The position numbers and the translations under genes are program-made. Of a stretch of 64,000 nucleotides of DNA, positions 38,364 through 54,839 are shown one piece after another (within the stretch, counting starts at the first letter, position 1; the number at the start of each line of letters is the position of its first letter). This stretch comes from the human T2T-CHM13v2.0 reference genome, Homo sapiens: the NCBI RefSeq assembly GCF_009914755.1, contig NC_060925.1; one strand, given 5' to 3'. The notes beneath the pieces are model-generated. The model saw only the letters and a list, made by a program, of their open reading frames with translations, was not told the origin of the DNA and did not search any database.

Positions 38364-40050
38364 CAGTCATGCTGTACATAATGACATTTCAATGTCAGCC
38401 TGCATAGACAATGGTGATCCCATAAGATTATAATACTGTATTTTTACTGTACCTTTTCTATGTTTAGGTATGTTTAGATAGACAAATAGTCAATCCTTGA
38501 ACAACTTGGGTTTGAACTGTGTGGGTCCACTTATACATGGATTTTTTTTCAATAAATGTATTGGAAAATTTTTTGGAGATTTGCAACAATTTGAAAAACC
38601 AGATGAACCTCATAGACTAGAAATATCAAAAAAAATAAAGGTATGTGAAGAGTACATAAAATACATGTAGATACTAGTCTATCATTTACTACCATACATA
38701 AATCTATTTAAAAAAGTTAAAATTTATCAAAACCTATACACACAAACACACACCATACATTGTACCATTTGCAGTCTAGATAAATATTTAAAAATCTAAA
38801 AATGCACTGTTAAACCGTAACTGATGAAAAATTAGCTAGTGGGTACAATGTGTGCTCTTCAGGTGATGGCTATACTAAAAGTCCAGATTTCACCAGGATA
38901 CAATTCTTCCATGTAACAAAAAACCACTTGTACCACTAAAGCTATGGAAAGAACAAAAATTGTCTAATTAACTAATTAAAACAAACAACTGCGTAAAATT
39001 AACTGTAGTACCTACTGTTCCACTGAAATAAGTTTGTAACCACCTCCTGTTGCTATTACAGCAGAACTCAAGGGTTGAGAGTATCCACATAAAACACCCT
39101 GTGAGCTAATCATCTCCACACAAGCAGTTCTTGGCTCTAGTAAATTGCGTATTGCAGTAAAAAGTGATCTCTCACACTTCTCGCGTTTTTCATCATGTTT
39201 AATGCAATACCCTAAACCTTGAATAACACCATGAGCCCCATACAAAGTGCCACCAGTGATGCTAGAAATGCTCCCAAGAAGCAGAGAAAAAAATGACACT
39301 ACGAGAAAAAGTTGAATTGCTTGATAAGTACTTTGATTGAGGTCTGTAGCTGCAGTTGCCTGCCATTTCAGACAGCTGACTCATTTTGGAAATGGAGGGG
39401 CATTTAACCAACCCTAAATTTACAGTATTGATAATTACAGTACAGTACGGTAAATATGTTTTCCTTAGGATTTTCTTAATATTTTACTTTCTCTAGCTTT
39501 ATTATAAGAAGACAGTATATAATAAATGTGTTAATCAACTGTTTATGTTACTGGTAAGTCTTCCAGTTAGCAGGAGGCTATTAGTAAAGTTTTGGGGAAG
39601 TCAAAAGTTATACATGGATTTTTGACTGTGTGGGTGTCAAACCCCTAATCCTCTAGTTGTTCCATTGTTAACTGCACTTGCCATTGTGTTACAATTCCCT
39701 ACAGTATTCAGTACAGGAACATGCTGTACAGGCTTGCAGCCTAGACAACAGGATATACCATATAGCCTATGTGTGTAGTAGGCTATACCCTCTAGCTATG
39801 TGGAAGGACACTCTTAAGATGTTTGCACAATAACAAAATTGCCTAACAGTGCAATCGTCTTTTTTATTTTTATTTATTTATTATAGAGATGGAGTCTCAC
39901 TATTTTGCCTAGGCTGGTCTCAAACTCCTGGGCTCAAGCAAGTCTCTCACCACAGCCTGCCAAAGTGTTGAGATTACAGGCAAGAGCCACCACGCCTGGT
40001 GACAACACAGTTCTCAAAATGTATCTCCTTCATTAAGTGACACATGACTG
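38364..40050. mobile_element. Tigger3-like TcMar transposon, interrupted by Tigger2 and a FLAM (39858-39998)
   Basis: TIR ends CAGTCATG / CATGACTG, each flanked by TA. Confidence 0.85.
38487..39674. mobile_element. Tigger2-like TcMar transposon containing an L1 3'-end fragment (about 38836-38985)
   Basis: Ends agtcaatccttgaacaac...gggtccacttatac and ttgttccattgttaactg; internal gggtacaatg...ggtgatggctatactaaaagtccagatttcacc is an L1PB/L1MA-like 3'UTR. Confidence 0.8.
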
Positions 40051-40788
40051 TACTCACATTTACTAGCTTATTATAAAGGATATTACAAAGGATACCGATG
40101 AACACCAGATGAAGAGATGCATAGGACAATGCATGTGGGAAGGAGTGTGAAGCCTCCATCTATTCCATTCCAATCTATTCAGGCTCTATAAAGTTTATAT
40201 TCAACCTATATATTCTTATTTGTGGCTCTCCTTTAAACACTTTTCTTCCCTTGCTCAGCATTGTAGAATCCAATATTGCACAAACCGAGTCTGGAGAATT
40301 TTGAGTAGGATGAGTCATCACACAGTCCTACCTGTTGACACATATTTGCATACATAATCATGATTTTATAACTAAATTTACTGCAATGTCGACTCACAGT
40401 TAATCTTTTTCAAAATGCTTACATGTACCCCAGGGATTGGTTAACTGCCCCTGCTTACCACACAGCTTCTCTTTTTGGCCTCTTTCAGTCTTGATGCAAA
40501 ACTCAGCAACTCTGAATTCCTAAGGAAAAATCCATTTGCATCCAGAGCACTGGCAATTTCCTACAGAGGAAAAATTGTTGATAGTACACAAAAAACACAT
40601 CCCACAGAAAACAGAAGCATCCTTATCCTTACTGTAATGAGGGAGAGTATGATTAAGAGTACAGGCCCTACGGTCTGGAGTTTGACTGCCTAGGGCCAAA
40701 TCCCAGCTCCATGCCTTTCTCACTGAATGACACTAGCAACTTATGCTCTTTATGCTTCAGTTTCCTTGTCTAAAAATGGGGAAAATAA

Positions 40789-41467
<679 letters not shown>

Positions 41468-41689
41468 TTATAAAATTTAAAAGGTTTTTTTTTTATTTTT
41501 TAATTAATTTTTTTTCAAGAAAGCTTTTTGATCACATGCAAATAGCTCTTTCTCTCCATGGTTTATTCTTCCCATTCATCTTCACCATCCTACTCCCATC
41601 CTTAATCAACCTCACTTTCTTTTCTTGAAGTAACTATAATTTGTTGATATTTTCCAAGTGCTGCACAGACTATCCCGTGTTGAACACGG

Positions 41690-42096
41690 AGATGTGCAAC
41701 CTGGATCTCCTTTCAAGGAGTAATTTGTTTTGCCATCTGCTGGGAGTGTGTTCAGTGGACAGCCTTCACTCTCAACCACTTCACAGCTTGCCTGAGCTGC
41801 AGAAAACCACCTTGCTGAAGACTACGTTGGGGAGGGGGAGAGTGGTGCACTCTAATGACACGGGATACAAAGGCTTGGCCTTCTCAGCCCCACACAGTGC
41901 AACTATGGTGGGCCATTTGCACTCCAGAGCTTCCCTATGGGGTTGGCTGAAGCTATGGGGCCTGTATTATAGCATGACTTTTTCCTCTCCCCTCTCCTTC
42001 CTTTTCCTCCTTTCCATGGGTGTTGATACCAAGGCACTCCCTACTAAATACCTTGTACTCTGAGTCTGCTTCTCAGAAAACCCAACCTATGTCACA
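41690..42096 (+). mobile_element. LTR16-like ERVL solo LTR
   Basis: 3' end ggtgttgatacc...actccctactaaa...ctgagtctgcttctcagaaaacccaacctatgtcaca resembles recalled LTR16A. Confidence 0.65.
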
Positions 42097-42285
42097 CTGT
42101 AAGCTTAGTGTAGTCTGTAAATAATTAAGTCAGTAACGTTTATTGACCATTTAATATGTGCCAGGCACCATGCTAGGCACCATACATATACTATATCATT
42201 TAATTTTCATAATATTTGAAGTAGGTGCTATTACTATCTTTCTGTTACCAATGAGGAAACACAGACCCAGAACTACTGTTAGTAA

Positions 42286-42667
<382 letters not shown>

Positions 42668-42722
42668 AGTATCCACTTCTTAAGGAGCAAAAATGGCATT
42701 AAATAATATAAGCATACGATGC

Positions 42723-43140
42723 TTGGGGAGGTGGTGGTGGAATGTAGCCATATTTTTTATGGAAAGACTGTGTTAAAAGTGAACATTTTGAAGGTTTTTA
42801 ACTGGTGAAAGAAACTAGCCTGGAATAATGCCACCAGAGACTGAGTGGAAGTCATCCCTTTTGAAGGTGCCATTCTTATGAGCCAAAAGTTTGTCGTTTA
42901 AAAGTTCATTTTGAGGGAATAACGTAACATAATTTTAAATAAAGGTATAGTAACCTTTAAAAGAACATTATAGCTGAATATTGTGAATGGGGTGAATTTG
43001 TTAAATGAATAACTTTGATAAAGTTTTCATGCACAGGCAAAATGTATTCACTAGATTTCTATGTAGTGATCTGCTTTTACTTTGTAGTCCTCAAAAGACT
43101 TTAAAAAAAATAAAGTCCATACTTACACTAACAAAAAAAA
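42723..43140 (+). pseudogene. Probable processed-pseudogene fragment (mRNA 3'UTR end, parent unidentified)
   Basis: AATAAA 43109-43114, A-tail about 16 nt later, degenerate 13-bp TSD aagcatacgatgc (42710) / aaacacataatgc (43138). Confidence 0.6.
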
Positions 43141-43327
43141 CACATAATGCATGTATGTTGAGGAAACATACTGCCTGGCCCATAGAATCACCGGATTATC
43201 TAGTGAAATTTACACCTCTTTATAGAGATAAAAACCTGACAATAATGTTTGGAACTCTGTTAGGTAGAATGCTCTCTAATAACAAAGGCCTATTATGGTT
43301 CTGATGTCCTAATTTGAAAGTAAGTTG

Positions 43328-43760
<433 letters not shown>

Positions 43761-45163
43761 TTATAGTCCATGATCTGTCCAACATTCAACAGGCATCTCA
43801 AACTGTGTTGGAGTAGTGTAATACTTGCTGCTTGAAATATAAGATCTGAGTGAGCAAATTCCAATGAAATCTTTTCCTTTGGAAATAGTTCCAAAGAATT
43901 AAGCTTTCTATTGTTAACAGGCAAGTTCCAAAGACCAAAGGTTTGCTCCTCTGAAATATTTTCATTAGCCTTGAATAAGCAAGTTGGCAGAGAGAGGGAA
44001 CGAAGTACTTTTGTGTTCAGAAAATGCAGCCAACTTCCTATCTCTGGCTTTACCTCTAAGTTTTGTTATTGAATCAGCAGTTCTGTTTTTTTAAGTCATC
44101 TGGTTATTCCCAAGGTGGCCCTTTGACCTTTGCAGTTTGCCCAAAGGAGATCTACATGTATTAGCTGGTTGGACTATAGGTTAAGCTTAGATTTAGCTCT
44201 AAGCAATGAACCCTTTGCCCTTATATCACCTGTTATCTCGTTCCTGCAGAAAAGGAACACAAACATCCAAATTTATAGCAGTCTCAACATCTGCCTTAAA
44301 GCTTTTGTAAAGTATACAGGGAGTAATGTAAATCTGTGCATGCTAACATTAATGTGAAATAAACTCTAAGTAAACAAGAGGAATGAATGGATAAGGCTAA
44401 TATAACTCTCATAGCTACAGCCATCTCCCATAATTGGAAAGTTAAGTGCTTTAAAAAATTTGTTTCAAATTTTAAACATAATAATTTAAACAAAAAAATT
44501 AAAGTTTTAGTTTCATGGTTTCTTCAAAGTATCAATTCTCCTCAAAACAATAAAAACAGCCAATGAAATTAAAATACATAAAGAGTACCCGGTAAATAGA
44601 AACGAATAAAGTAAAAAAGTAAGTTGAACAGGAAAAGTTTGGAAGTAAGGTGCTGGGATAATCAACAAGCCTGGTAAGGTCCATTTCTCAGACAGTATGA
44701 GGTCATGCTGCAGATAGCAAAATATTTCTGGCGCCTTCCATCTGAGGTTCTTCAAGTGCATAGCTGATGTTATCTTATAGCAAATATTATTACCTCCATT
44801 TTATAGGTGCAGAAACTAAGATACCAGGAGATTAGATAACTTGCTTAAGCCTGCACAATGAGTCAGTGATAGAATCAGAAGTGTATTTCAGGAATCTAAT
44901 CTTTTCTGTTTGAATCACTAGGTCAGCTTTCTAGATACCAAAAGACATGTATGAATTTTTATTAAAATTAATAAATTGTAAATTTTGTTAATATACTTAG
45001 AAAATGGATTATCTTCTGTAAACAATTCAGTGAAATATTTTTGTTGTAAGCCATTGTTGCTTTTTGGGGGGAAAAATTTAAGAGGTGATTTAAAAATAAG
45101 TTCTCCCAGGTTTGAAAAGGTATTCATGTGAGGTTTAAATTATTTAGGAAAACCCATTTTAAA

Positions 45164-45460
45164 GGCTGAGCATGATGGTGAACGCCTGTAATCCCAGCAC
45201 TTTGGGAGGCCGAGGCAGGCAGATTGAGCTCAGGAGTTTGAGACCAGCCTGGGCAACATAGTGAGACCCTGTCTCTACAAAAGGTTTAAAAGTTAGCCAG
45301 GTGTGGTGGTGTGCACCTGTAGTCTCAACTCCTCAAGAAGCTGAGGCAGGAGGATTGCTGGAGCCCAGTTCAAGGCTGCAGTAAGCTGTGATTATGCCAC
45401 TGCACTCCAGCCTAGGCGAAAGAGTGAGATTCTGTCTAAAAAAAAAAAAAAGAAAGAAAA
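45164..45460 (+). mobile_element. AluJ-like SINE
   Basis: Sense dimer. Confidence 0.9.
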
Positions 45461-45976
45461 GAAATTTATTTTGGCAGAAGTACAAGGATTGGCACATGGT
45501 GTTGTGGTCCTTGTAGACTTTCAATGACAGATAAAGTAGTTCTATAATTAGGATAAAAATTAGAACAAGGGTAATAAAGAGTGAGTAATATTTTGGAGTC
45601 TTATACAGGCAGGGGCCAGACACTTGGGCCAGCTGTCAGCTTCTCACGTTGCCTGCTTCTTATTCCAAGACTGAGCAGCAGAGTGGTTCCTGGTAAATTT
45701 TAATTTCAGATAACCATCAGATTGAGATGTCCGTTCAGGAGACTTAGCCTTGAAAAACAAATTTTTTTATAACACCTGGACCAGTTCCTTACAGTAGGTG
45801 AGCACGTGACCTTTGATTAGATTTGATTCATAAAGTGCATGGGTCTTCCAGTAATTATCTCAAATGGGGATAACCAATGTTTTCCAAAAGGGGTAGGTCT
45901 AAGATTAAACAGCACCAAGGGCAAAACTTTTGGCCAGTACAGACTGAAAGATTCAACTAATTTTGCCAATTGAGTC

Positions 45977-46287
45977 CTTTTTTTTTTTTTTGAGACGGAG
46001 TCTCGCTCTGTCGCCCAGGCTGGAGTGCAGTGGCACAATCTTGGCTCACTGCAAGCTCCACCTCCTCGGTTCACGCCATTCTCCTGCCTCAGCCTCCTGA
46101 GTAGCTGGGACCACAGGTGCCCGCCACCACGCCCGGCTAATCTTTTTTTTTTTTTTTTTTTTGTATTTTTAGTAGAGACAGGGTTTCACTGTGTTAGCCA
46201 GGATGGTCTCGATCTCCTGATCTCATGATCTGCCCGCCTCGACCTCCCAAAGTGCTGGGATTACAGGCGTGAGCCACCGTGCCTGGC
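45977..46287 (-). mobile_element. AluY-like insertion in the ERV integrase
   Basis: TSD gccaattgagtc / gccgattgagtc. Confidence 0.92.
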
Positions 46288-46862
46288 GCCGATTGAGTCT
46301 TAATTGTTCCATCAGTATGTTCCACTAATCAAGAGGACTGTCAGTGGTGGCCATAGTGGAAATGCAGAATAGGCAAAATTTTACATATTGATTTTATATT
46401 CTGCCTAGCAAAATGAGTGCCTTCGTCACTGTACAGTTCTGAGGGTACACCCCATATGGGGATTATTTTTTCCTAATAAGATTTAACTTACTGCTTAGGC
46501 TGTTAGTCTGCAATGGGGAAAGGCTTCCACCCAGTGGGAAAACATATAAATCATAACCAAAACAAATTTATATCATTGAGATGGTAGTAGCTAGATAAAA
46601 TCCATCTGTCATATCTCAAAAGATCCTGAAGCTAAAGGAAAACACCCTATGGAACTATGAATATGTTTTCTAGGGTTGTATTTGGGACAGACTTGGGATC
46701 TTTGCTAAACTTTGCTAAACTTGAGAAGCAACCTTTGGGGAGGGTTTCCAATAATATTATCATTTTATCCCCAATGGGTTAAGTGATTAATATAATCTAA
46801 AATTTGATCTTGGAGGCCCCCTGGCAAGACTGATCTCTTATGGAGCCCATGCTATAGGCTGG

Positions 46863-47430
46863 TGTATTACTCATGGTTCTCCAGAGGATGTATGAAAGGG
46901 AGTTTATTAGGAAGAACTGGCTCACACAATCACAAGTCGAAGTCCCACTACAGGCCGTGTGCAAGCTGGGGAAGAAAGAAGCCAGTAGTGGCTCAGTCTG
47001 AGTCCAAAAGCCTCAAAAGCAAAGAAGCTGACAGTGCAGCCTTCAGTCTGTGGCCAAAGGTCCAAGAGCCACCAGAAAACCACTGGTGTAAGTCCAAGAA
47101 TCCAAAGGCCAAAGAACCTGAAGTCTGATGTCCAAGGGCAGGGGGAACAGAGGGAAGCATCCATCATGGGAGAAAGATGAAACCCAGAAGACTCAGCAAG
47201 CCAGCTTATCCCACTTTTTTCCACCTGCTTTGTTCTAGCCATGCTGGCAGCCAACTGGATGGTGCCCACCTACATTGAGGGTGGGTCTTCCTCTCCCAGT
47301 CTACCTACTCAAATGTCAGTCTCCTCTGGCGACACCCTCACAAACACACTCAAAAACAGTACTTTACCAGCTACCTAAGCATCTTTCAATTCAATCAAGT
47401 TGACACCTAATATTAATGTTAACCATCACA
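46863..47430 (-). mobile_element. MLT2-type (ERVL) solo LTR inserted in the ERV1 pol
   Basis: Ends TGTATTAC...TTAACCATCACA (TG..CA) with perfect 5-bp TSD GCTGG (46858-46862, 47431-47435). Confidence 0.88.
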
Positions 47431-48569
47431 GCTGGTTTTAGAGTCATGAAAACATTCTTCAGTTTTCCTATCTTTTTTTCAATTTGGGGGCTGTCATGCA
47501 TTGTGGATACAGGTCTTGATTATATTGCATTGGCCATTAGAGGATCTGAAGGGGTATTGAGTTTGGGTGGTTGGTTCATAGAAGCTGCAGCTTTTGCAGC
47601 TCTGTCAGTCAAGTCATTTCCTTTACCTTCTTTAGAATCAGTTTTTTTTTGTGTGTCATGGAATTTTAATTATTGCTAAAGATTTAGGTTTTTAGGTAGC
47701 ATCAAGTAATTTCAGGACATAGTCACTGTTTTTTTTAATCTTTTGGCCAGTAGAGTTCAGAAAATCTTTGTTTCCAGAGCATAACAAAATCACGTTTGAC
47801 CCCAGAAGCACAGTGTCTATCAGTATAGGTATTTGCAGTCTTATTAATTGCCAGGATACTTAGGAGAGAGCAAAGAGTTCTGTCTGCTGTGCAGAAGTAG
47901 TCTTGGGTAGGGAACCACTTTCAATGGTTTCAGACAGTGAGACAACAGCATAGCCAGCTTGACATTTCCCTGAGGTATTTCAAGGTAGAATCCATCAGTA
48001 AACCAGACAAATTCAGCATTTGGAATGGGGACTTCCTATAGGTTTTTTCTGGGGGTTAGTGTTATATAGTCATGTGGTGTCTCGTCAGAAGGAAGAAGAG
48101 ATAAGGTGGCAGGATTCAAAGAGTTACAGCAATCAATAGTTACATTAGAGGGATGATAATAATAGGATCTATAAGAAGTGAGTCTGCTAGCAGTGAGTCG
48201 TTGGAGGTATGGATTGAAATTAATGGAGATCCTATCATTAATTATTTGATCGCACTTAATAAATTTGCAGTGGCTATGATAGCTCACATATAGGATAGGA
48301 GTCATGTTGCCCCAGGACCTGTTGGCTATAATATTTGAGGGGACTGATGGTCTCCATGCCTTCAGGTAAAAACCCCTAAGCCATTTTCATTTTGTTCATG
48401 AACAAAAACGGAAAGGGGGAGACTCTAGAATGCCCTAATGCAGGGGGCCCAAGAAGATTCTCCTCAGTATTTTCAAAAGAGGAGAAGGCTTCTCAGGCCA
48501 CTGTAGGGGTTCAAAGTGGCCCGTTTTTAGGAGGTAATACAGAATCTGAGCCATGGCAGAGAAATTTGA

Positions 48570-48955
<386 letters not shown>

Positions 48956-49949
48956 CAAGATTGATTTTATTCTTTGGGGATCGAGCAAAAGACCCTGTCC
49001 TGAAATTAGATGTCCTAAATATTTCACTTGTGAGAGAGAAAGTTGTAGCTTCTCTTTTGAAGCTTTATGGCTTTTAGTGGCTACTTTCTGTAATAGACAG
49101 TGGCTGTCCTCTATGGAAGCCTTTAAGGTAAAGGAACAAAGTAATAAGTCATCCACATATTTTATGAGAACAGAATGCAAAGGAAGTGCCAAATCTGCTA
49201 TGTCTGTTTTTAAGACTTGGGAGAAGTATTTGGGACTATCAGCATACCCCAGAGGCATTACTGTCCAGGTATATTGTTGTCCTTTCCGTGTTAAGGCAAA
49301 AAGATACTGGCTAGCTGGATCAACAAGGATGATTAAAAAAAAAAAAAGAAAAAAGAAAAAAAAGCACTGCAGAGGTCAATCACAGTGAAAACCTGACTAC
49401 CTGGTGGTATGGCGGATAGTAATGTATGCAGGCTAGGTACAACAAGATAATGGAGTATTAAAATGTTATTGATGGCTTCTAAGTCCAGGACAGATCTCCA
49501 TCCCTGGTTATTAGGTTTTTGTACTCATAGAATGGGGGTATTACCTGGGCTAGTGCATGGAATAATTAGTCCCTGCTTGAGGTAGTCCTCAAAAATTGGT
49601 TTGATTCCCTGAATGGCTTCCTAGTATAAGGGAATCAAATTGTTTAATGTTTGGAAGTCTTTTTGTTTCATCTATTTGTATGTTAATTGGTTGTGCTGAA
49701 TGAAAACAGTCAATATCTGTGGTGCATTTGGACCATAAGTTTTCAGAGTAGAGAGGTTAGTAGGTCTTGAAATGTTTCACTAGGTGATACTTTCTCCTTG
49801 TTTTCAAGAACTGAAAATATAGAGATGGAAAGTACAGTGAGTTCCTTGAGGGTTCCCTCTATAGTAGTTTTTTTCCAGTAGTAATTGCATTTCCCCCTTT
49901 TGGAAGAAAGAAATTCGAGCTTTGTGGGCTTCCAAGAAAATTTCAGCCA

Positions 49950-50810
49950 ATTAAGTGAATGAGAGCTGAAGGGACTAACAGAAACTGATAAGGGCCCTGG
50001 AGTTCCCCAAGTCAAAATGCTATGGGGAAATGGCCTCTTTCACTGCAACTGGGGACTCATCTTGTCTATGCAAAGATCTGCTGGGCCACTGGGACATAGT
50101 CTTCTGGATCCAGGTCCCTTGTCAGTGTTCCCACACAGTCCCAGTACCCTCCTTGGATCTTCTCCAGGTCCATCTGGAAAGCCCCATCAACCTTGGAGTC
50201 CTCATGAGACTAATGGCAAGCCTGGGCTCAGAGTCTCTTCTAGTGCTGGGACAGCTGCAGTAATCACAGCCTAAGGGAACATATCAGTCAGTCTGCTTAG
50301 AATCCCTGGAAGGACCTCTGAAGAAGAACAGGCACAGATAAAGCCAGACCGTGAAGACTGAAATAAATACCTAATACTTCAATGTGCAGACATCATTGCA
50401 TCTACATAGGCATCAAGAGCATTCAGGGAAATATGACCTCACCAAACAGACAAAATAAGGTGCCAGAGATTGACCCTAAAGTGATGGAGATGTGTAATTT
50501 TCCGACAAAAAATTCAAAATAGCTGTTTTAAGGAAGTTCAATGAACTTCAAGAAAACATTGAGAATCCATTCAGAAATGTATCAGTGAAGTTTAACAAAG
50601 AGATTGAAACAATAAACACAAAAATTAAGCGGGAATCCTGGAACTACAAATTACAATAGATGAAAAATGCAATAGAAAGCATCAACAGCAGAATTGATCA
50701 AACAGAAGAATCAGTGAGCTTGAAGACAGACTATTTGAAAATATAGTCAGAGTAGAAAAAAGAAATGAAAAGGAATGAACAAAGTATATGGGATCTATGG
50801 GACAACATCA
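49950..50810 (+). mobile_element. Old L1 (L1M-type) 5'UTR end and ORF1 start fragment
   Basis: aatacctaatacttcaatg...atgacctcaccaaac...ttcaaaatagctgttttaaggaagttcaatgaac...atcagtgagcttgaagacagactatttgaaaat, typical L1 ORF1 coiled-coil region. Confidence 0.75.
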
Positions 50811-53800
50811 ATATTTTCCAGGATGTTGTGGTTGGCAGTGTACAGTTTGGCCCAGTTCAAGGGTTCAAGGCAAGTCCTTGATTTTTGTACATGGAAGTTT
50901 ATAGGACATGCAGGCAGTCTTTCTTAGAATGGCTTTGCACAGCCACGTGGTGTAATGGAATAGTTATACATTCTGGATTCAGAAAAGGGAGGTTCAAATT
51001 CTAGCTATACCACTTCTCCAACCTTGTGACCATAAGCAAATCATTTCACCTTTCCAATAAATTTCCTTATCTGTGAAAGAGGACTGATGGTAATATATCA
51101 TAGAGTTTGATAAGAATTAAACAAGACAAAATATATGAAAGTATTGAGGTTATTAGAGGTTATACAAGTGTTTGTCATATATGTGTTATATAGAATACAT
51201 ATGTTATAACCATTTATATATATAATAAAAATTAGAATATATACACATTTAATACATGATCAGTGTATGTTAGAATGTTTTTCAATTCCTGCTTAATAAT
51301 ACATGTAATCACATATATTTCCAAAACCAGCTACCACTTCATTATTACTCTTATTTCTGCCTGACAGTTTTTCAGCTGCTTTTTCCCCTTTATAATATTT
51401 TGTGGGCTTTCTGTTAATGCAATAGGATTTGTAACCAAATGCTCACAGATTCTCATTCCTTTTTCAACAGGTGGGTGCACTCAGTCGTGGGATTCCAGGA
51501 GTGTTTTTAGTAGTCAGTGAGTCTCACTAAAACCTGAGGGTCTTCTTCCAGGCTGGGCACCCAGCTGCCTTTTTCTGTTTTTGGAAGGACCACAGAAAAT
51601 CTCCTGTCAAAAGTTTAAAACTTTCCACTGCCTGTAAATAGGGTGATTCATCCCTTGTAAAATATAACCTGGTTTGATTACATATAACCTCATTCTGACA
51701 TATCCTTCAGCTTTTTAAAAAATTGCAGCTGTCTTGCTATAAGATGTCCCATTGCATATTTCATTTGTATTATTAGGCTATAAATCAGCATCAAAACAGA
51801 GAGATGCTCTTAAGAGAGACACTCTTCTTTTTAAGAGTGTTCTAAGAATAAGGCATTGCCTTTGTATAGTTAAAGTGATTACCATGCCTGTTAGCTACAC
51901 TACTTCAAGGAAGCCCCCATTGGGAATATATTAAAGAAGATACTCAACATTGAAAGAAACTAATCTTTGAAGGTTTGTAAAGATTAAATGTAGGAAAACA
52001 TAATTTTTAAAGCTTAAAAACATTCCCAAATAACACATTTCAGAAGTACTCTTTTTCTTAACTGGTATAAAACTTAATTTAGAGAAATAGGAAAGACTTA
52101 GTAGTTAGATTTAAATATATTGGCTGTCTGATTCACAAATCTTGTTGAAGACATTAACAAAATGGAAGCAAATCATAGCAATTAAATGGATCAAAATTGG
52201 CCTCATCTCCCCACCACCAGAATTTACCATTTTTATATATGTTATAGATTTGTACATATACATTGAATTATTTTGGCTTTTATTTATGTAAATGTCAGAC
52301 TACAAACATCATTTAAGCAACTTCATTTTTTTTTACTCAACAATGCTTTTTTTAAATAATGCTTTTAAGATATACCCATTGTTTCTGTCTCACAATTGCT
52401 ACAGTAAATGAGTCTATGATTCTAAGTCTTTGTTTGTTTGTTTGTTTGTTTGTTTAAAGCCAGCCTCAGGTTTGCTAAATCCCAGTTTGCTTTTGACCTT
52501 ACCAGAAATAAAGGAGGAAGAAACTAACTCCATTGCTTGGCTTTATTCCAAGAGCACTTCACTACTAATCTTAAGGAGAGATTAGCCAACAAAAGTGAAA
52601 CGTGGATCTGAAGCAATATTCCAGACATGTAATTTAATCCCCAAAACTACTTTGTTCTGAACAACCAGATACTTAAGAAGTGGATTTGTTCTGCCTTGGA
52701 TTTCCAGCTAGTTCCTCCTAGCTTATCTCACTGATGGATGAATTAATTCACCCGTCCATTCAATGAGTTTTTATTAACTGTCAGCTAAATGCACAGCACT
52801 GCATTAAACAAGTTGTTTTATTTTTGATTGTGAATAACTAACTTTGTGAAGGGCATCTTTATTCTTTTTTGTCATCTTTACATATTACAGCATGTACTTC
52901 CTAAATCCTAGTTACCTTTCCCAACCACTATGAACCAATAACTCAAACAAGGTGGTGATTTAGCTGTTTGTCCTATAGTTCCACTAAATCTTCAAGATGT
53001 ATCCTATACTTCAAAAAAAGATACATACCTTAAAATTAGAATTCCTGCTAATACTAAGTCCACAGGGATTAAATTCGTTATTCTAGAGTCACAGGGCAAG
53101 TCATTGTGAGTACAAGGTTTGCAATCAGATGTAGGTTAGATCAACAATACCCTGCTACTGAACTATGAAAGTTTTAAGCCCTTATAAACCCTGAGCTATT
53201 TTATCACAAGAATTTCATTCTCAGCAACTGGTTTGTGCAAAATCAATGTTAATTATAATTATAGATTATTTGGGGTGTCGATTTTAACATCTTTTTTAAA
53301 GTCATGAAATAAATTCCCAGACCATCCAAAATGAATTTGTGCTTATTTAGGCTTGTTTGTTGCTAAATTCATTTAGGCACAAGGTAGATTGAAGATCTCT
53401 CTGATCTTTTCCCTGGAGTGATGCCTTGACTTTCATAGATAGCAATACACTGTTACCTAGCAATAAAGCAGAACCCATCTGTTTTCATATTTACCAACAA
53501 GAGATTGTAAGTAAAGTCAATGAGGTAAAGGGCCCTGTTTTAATTTTACTAGACTCTGTTTAATTAGAGTTTCTTCTGTTCCAAGCTATGGCTTTTCACA
53601 ATGGTCAGGTTAACTTCATATTTAGAAGAGTGAGATTCTGAGCCACTGATGAGCCCAAATTTCAAGTTTCTCTTTTTCTGTGTGGTAGACAAACATTGTT
53701 TCCTTACTGGTATTTTATCTGTCACTCCAAATGGCTGAATACTCAAAGAACTTTAAGGTACATTCTACATGATTTTTTATGTGTTTTGTGTTTTAGGTAT

Positions 53801-54329
53801 CTGATCAGCAACAGGTTCCATCATGTGCCCTCCCACAGAGTCTCAAAATCTCAGGGCAATTCCTTTGAGTTGAGTTGCGGTCTCAGGGCTGAGTAGCATC
53901 CATCATGAGACAAACACAATGTTGTTGAGATAGACTCATACCTGGAGATCTGCCCAGTGAAAAACAGACTCTGCTTAGGTTGTCCAGTGCATTCTCACCA
54001 AAGGCAAAGTCTTGCTGTGTTTTTCTTCTAAGGCTATTAGGATGATCAAATAAATGGGCTAAAGCCCACTGAAAACACTGCAATAAGGTATCATACCTCA
54101 TGCTTAGCTGATACCTAGCCTGCACTGGTTTTGTTATTTAAATATTAACATAATTCCACAGTGATTGGTAAATAGCTGCTGATTTCCAAAATCTAACAAC
54201 CAAGGAGCTTACACCCAGTCCAATAAGGAGGGCCTCTGATTCTGCTCCATTCTGACTGGCTCCCAATTTTAGTGATTATGTTTTAATGTCCTTCCTGCCC
54301 AAAACAAATGTGAAAATAAAAGTGAATGA

Positions 54330-54829
<500 letters not shown>

Positions 54830-54839
54830 TTACAAATAT

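Larger units (their letters stand above)
38030..40160 (-). mobile_element. MER21-like LTR split into 38030-38361 and 40053-40160 by nested insertions
   Basis: gacaccagctgggtgtcctctaattcaattc and ctcacagaactc...aaacact | tactcacatttactagcttattataaaggatattacaaaggatac match recalled MER21. Confidence 0.75.

Noticed and set aside
51440-54130. Splice-like signals and short minus-strand ORFs in the repeat-poor block
   Set aside because: No consistent frame or recognisable protein; a lncRNA or enhancer cannot be supported from sequence alone.
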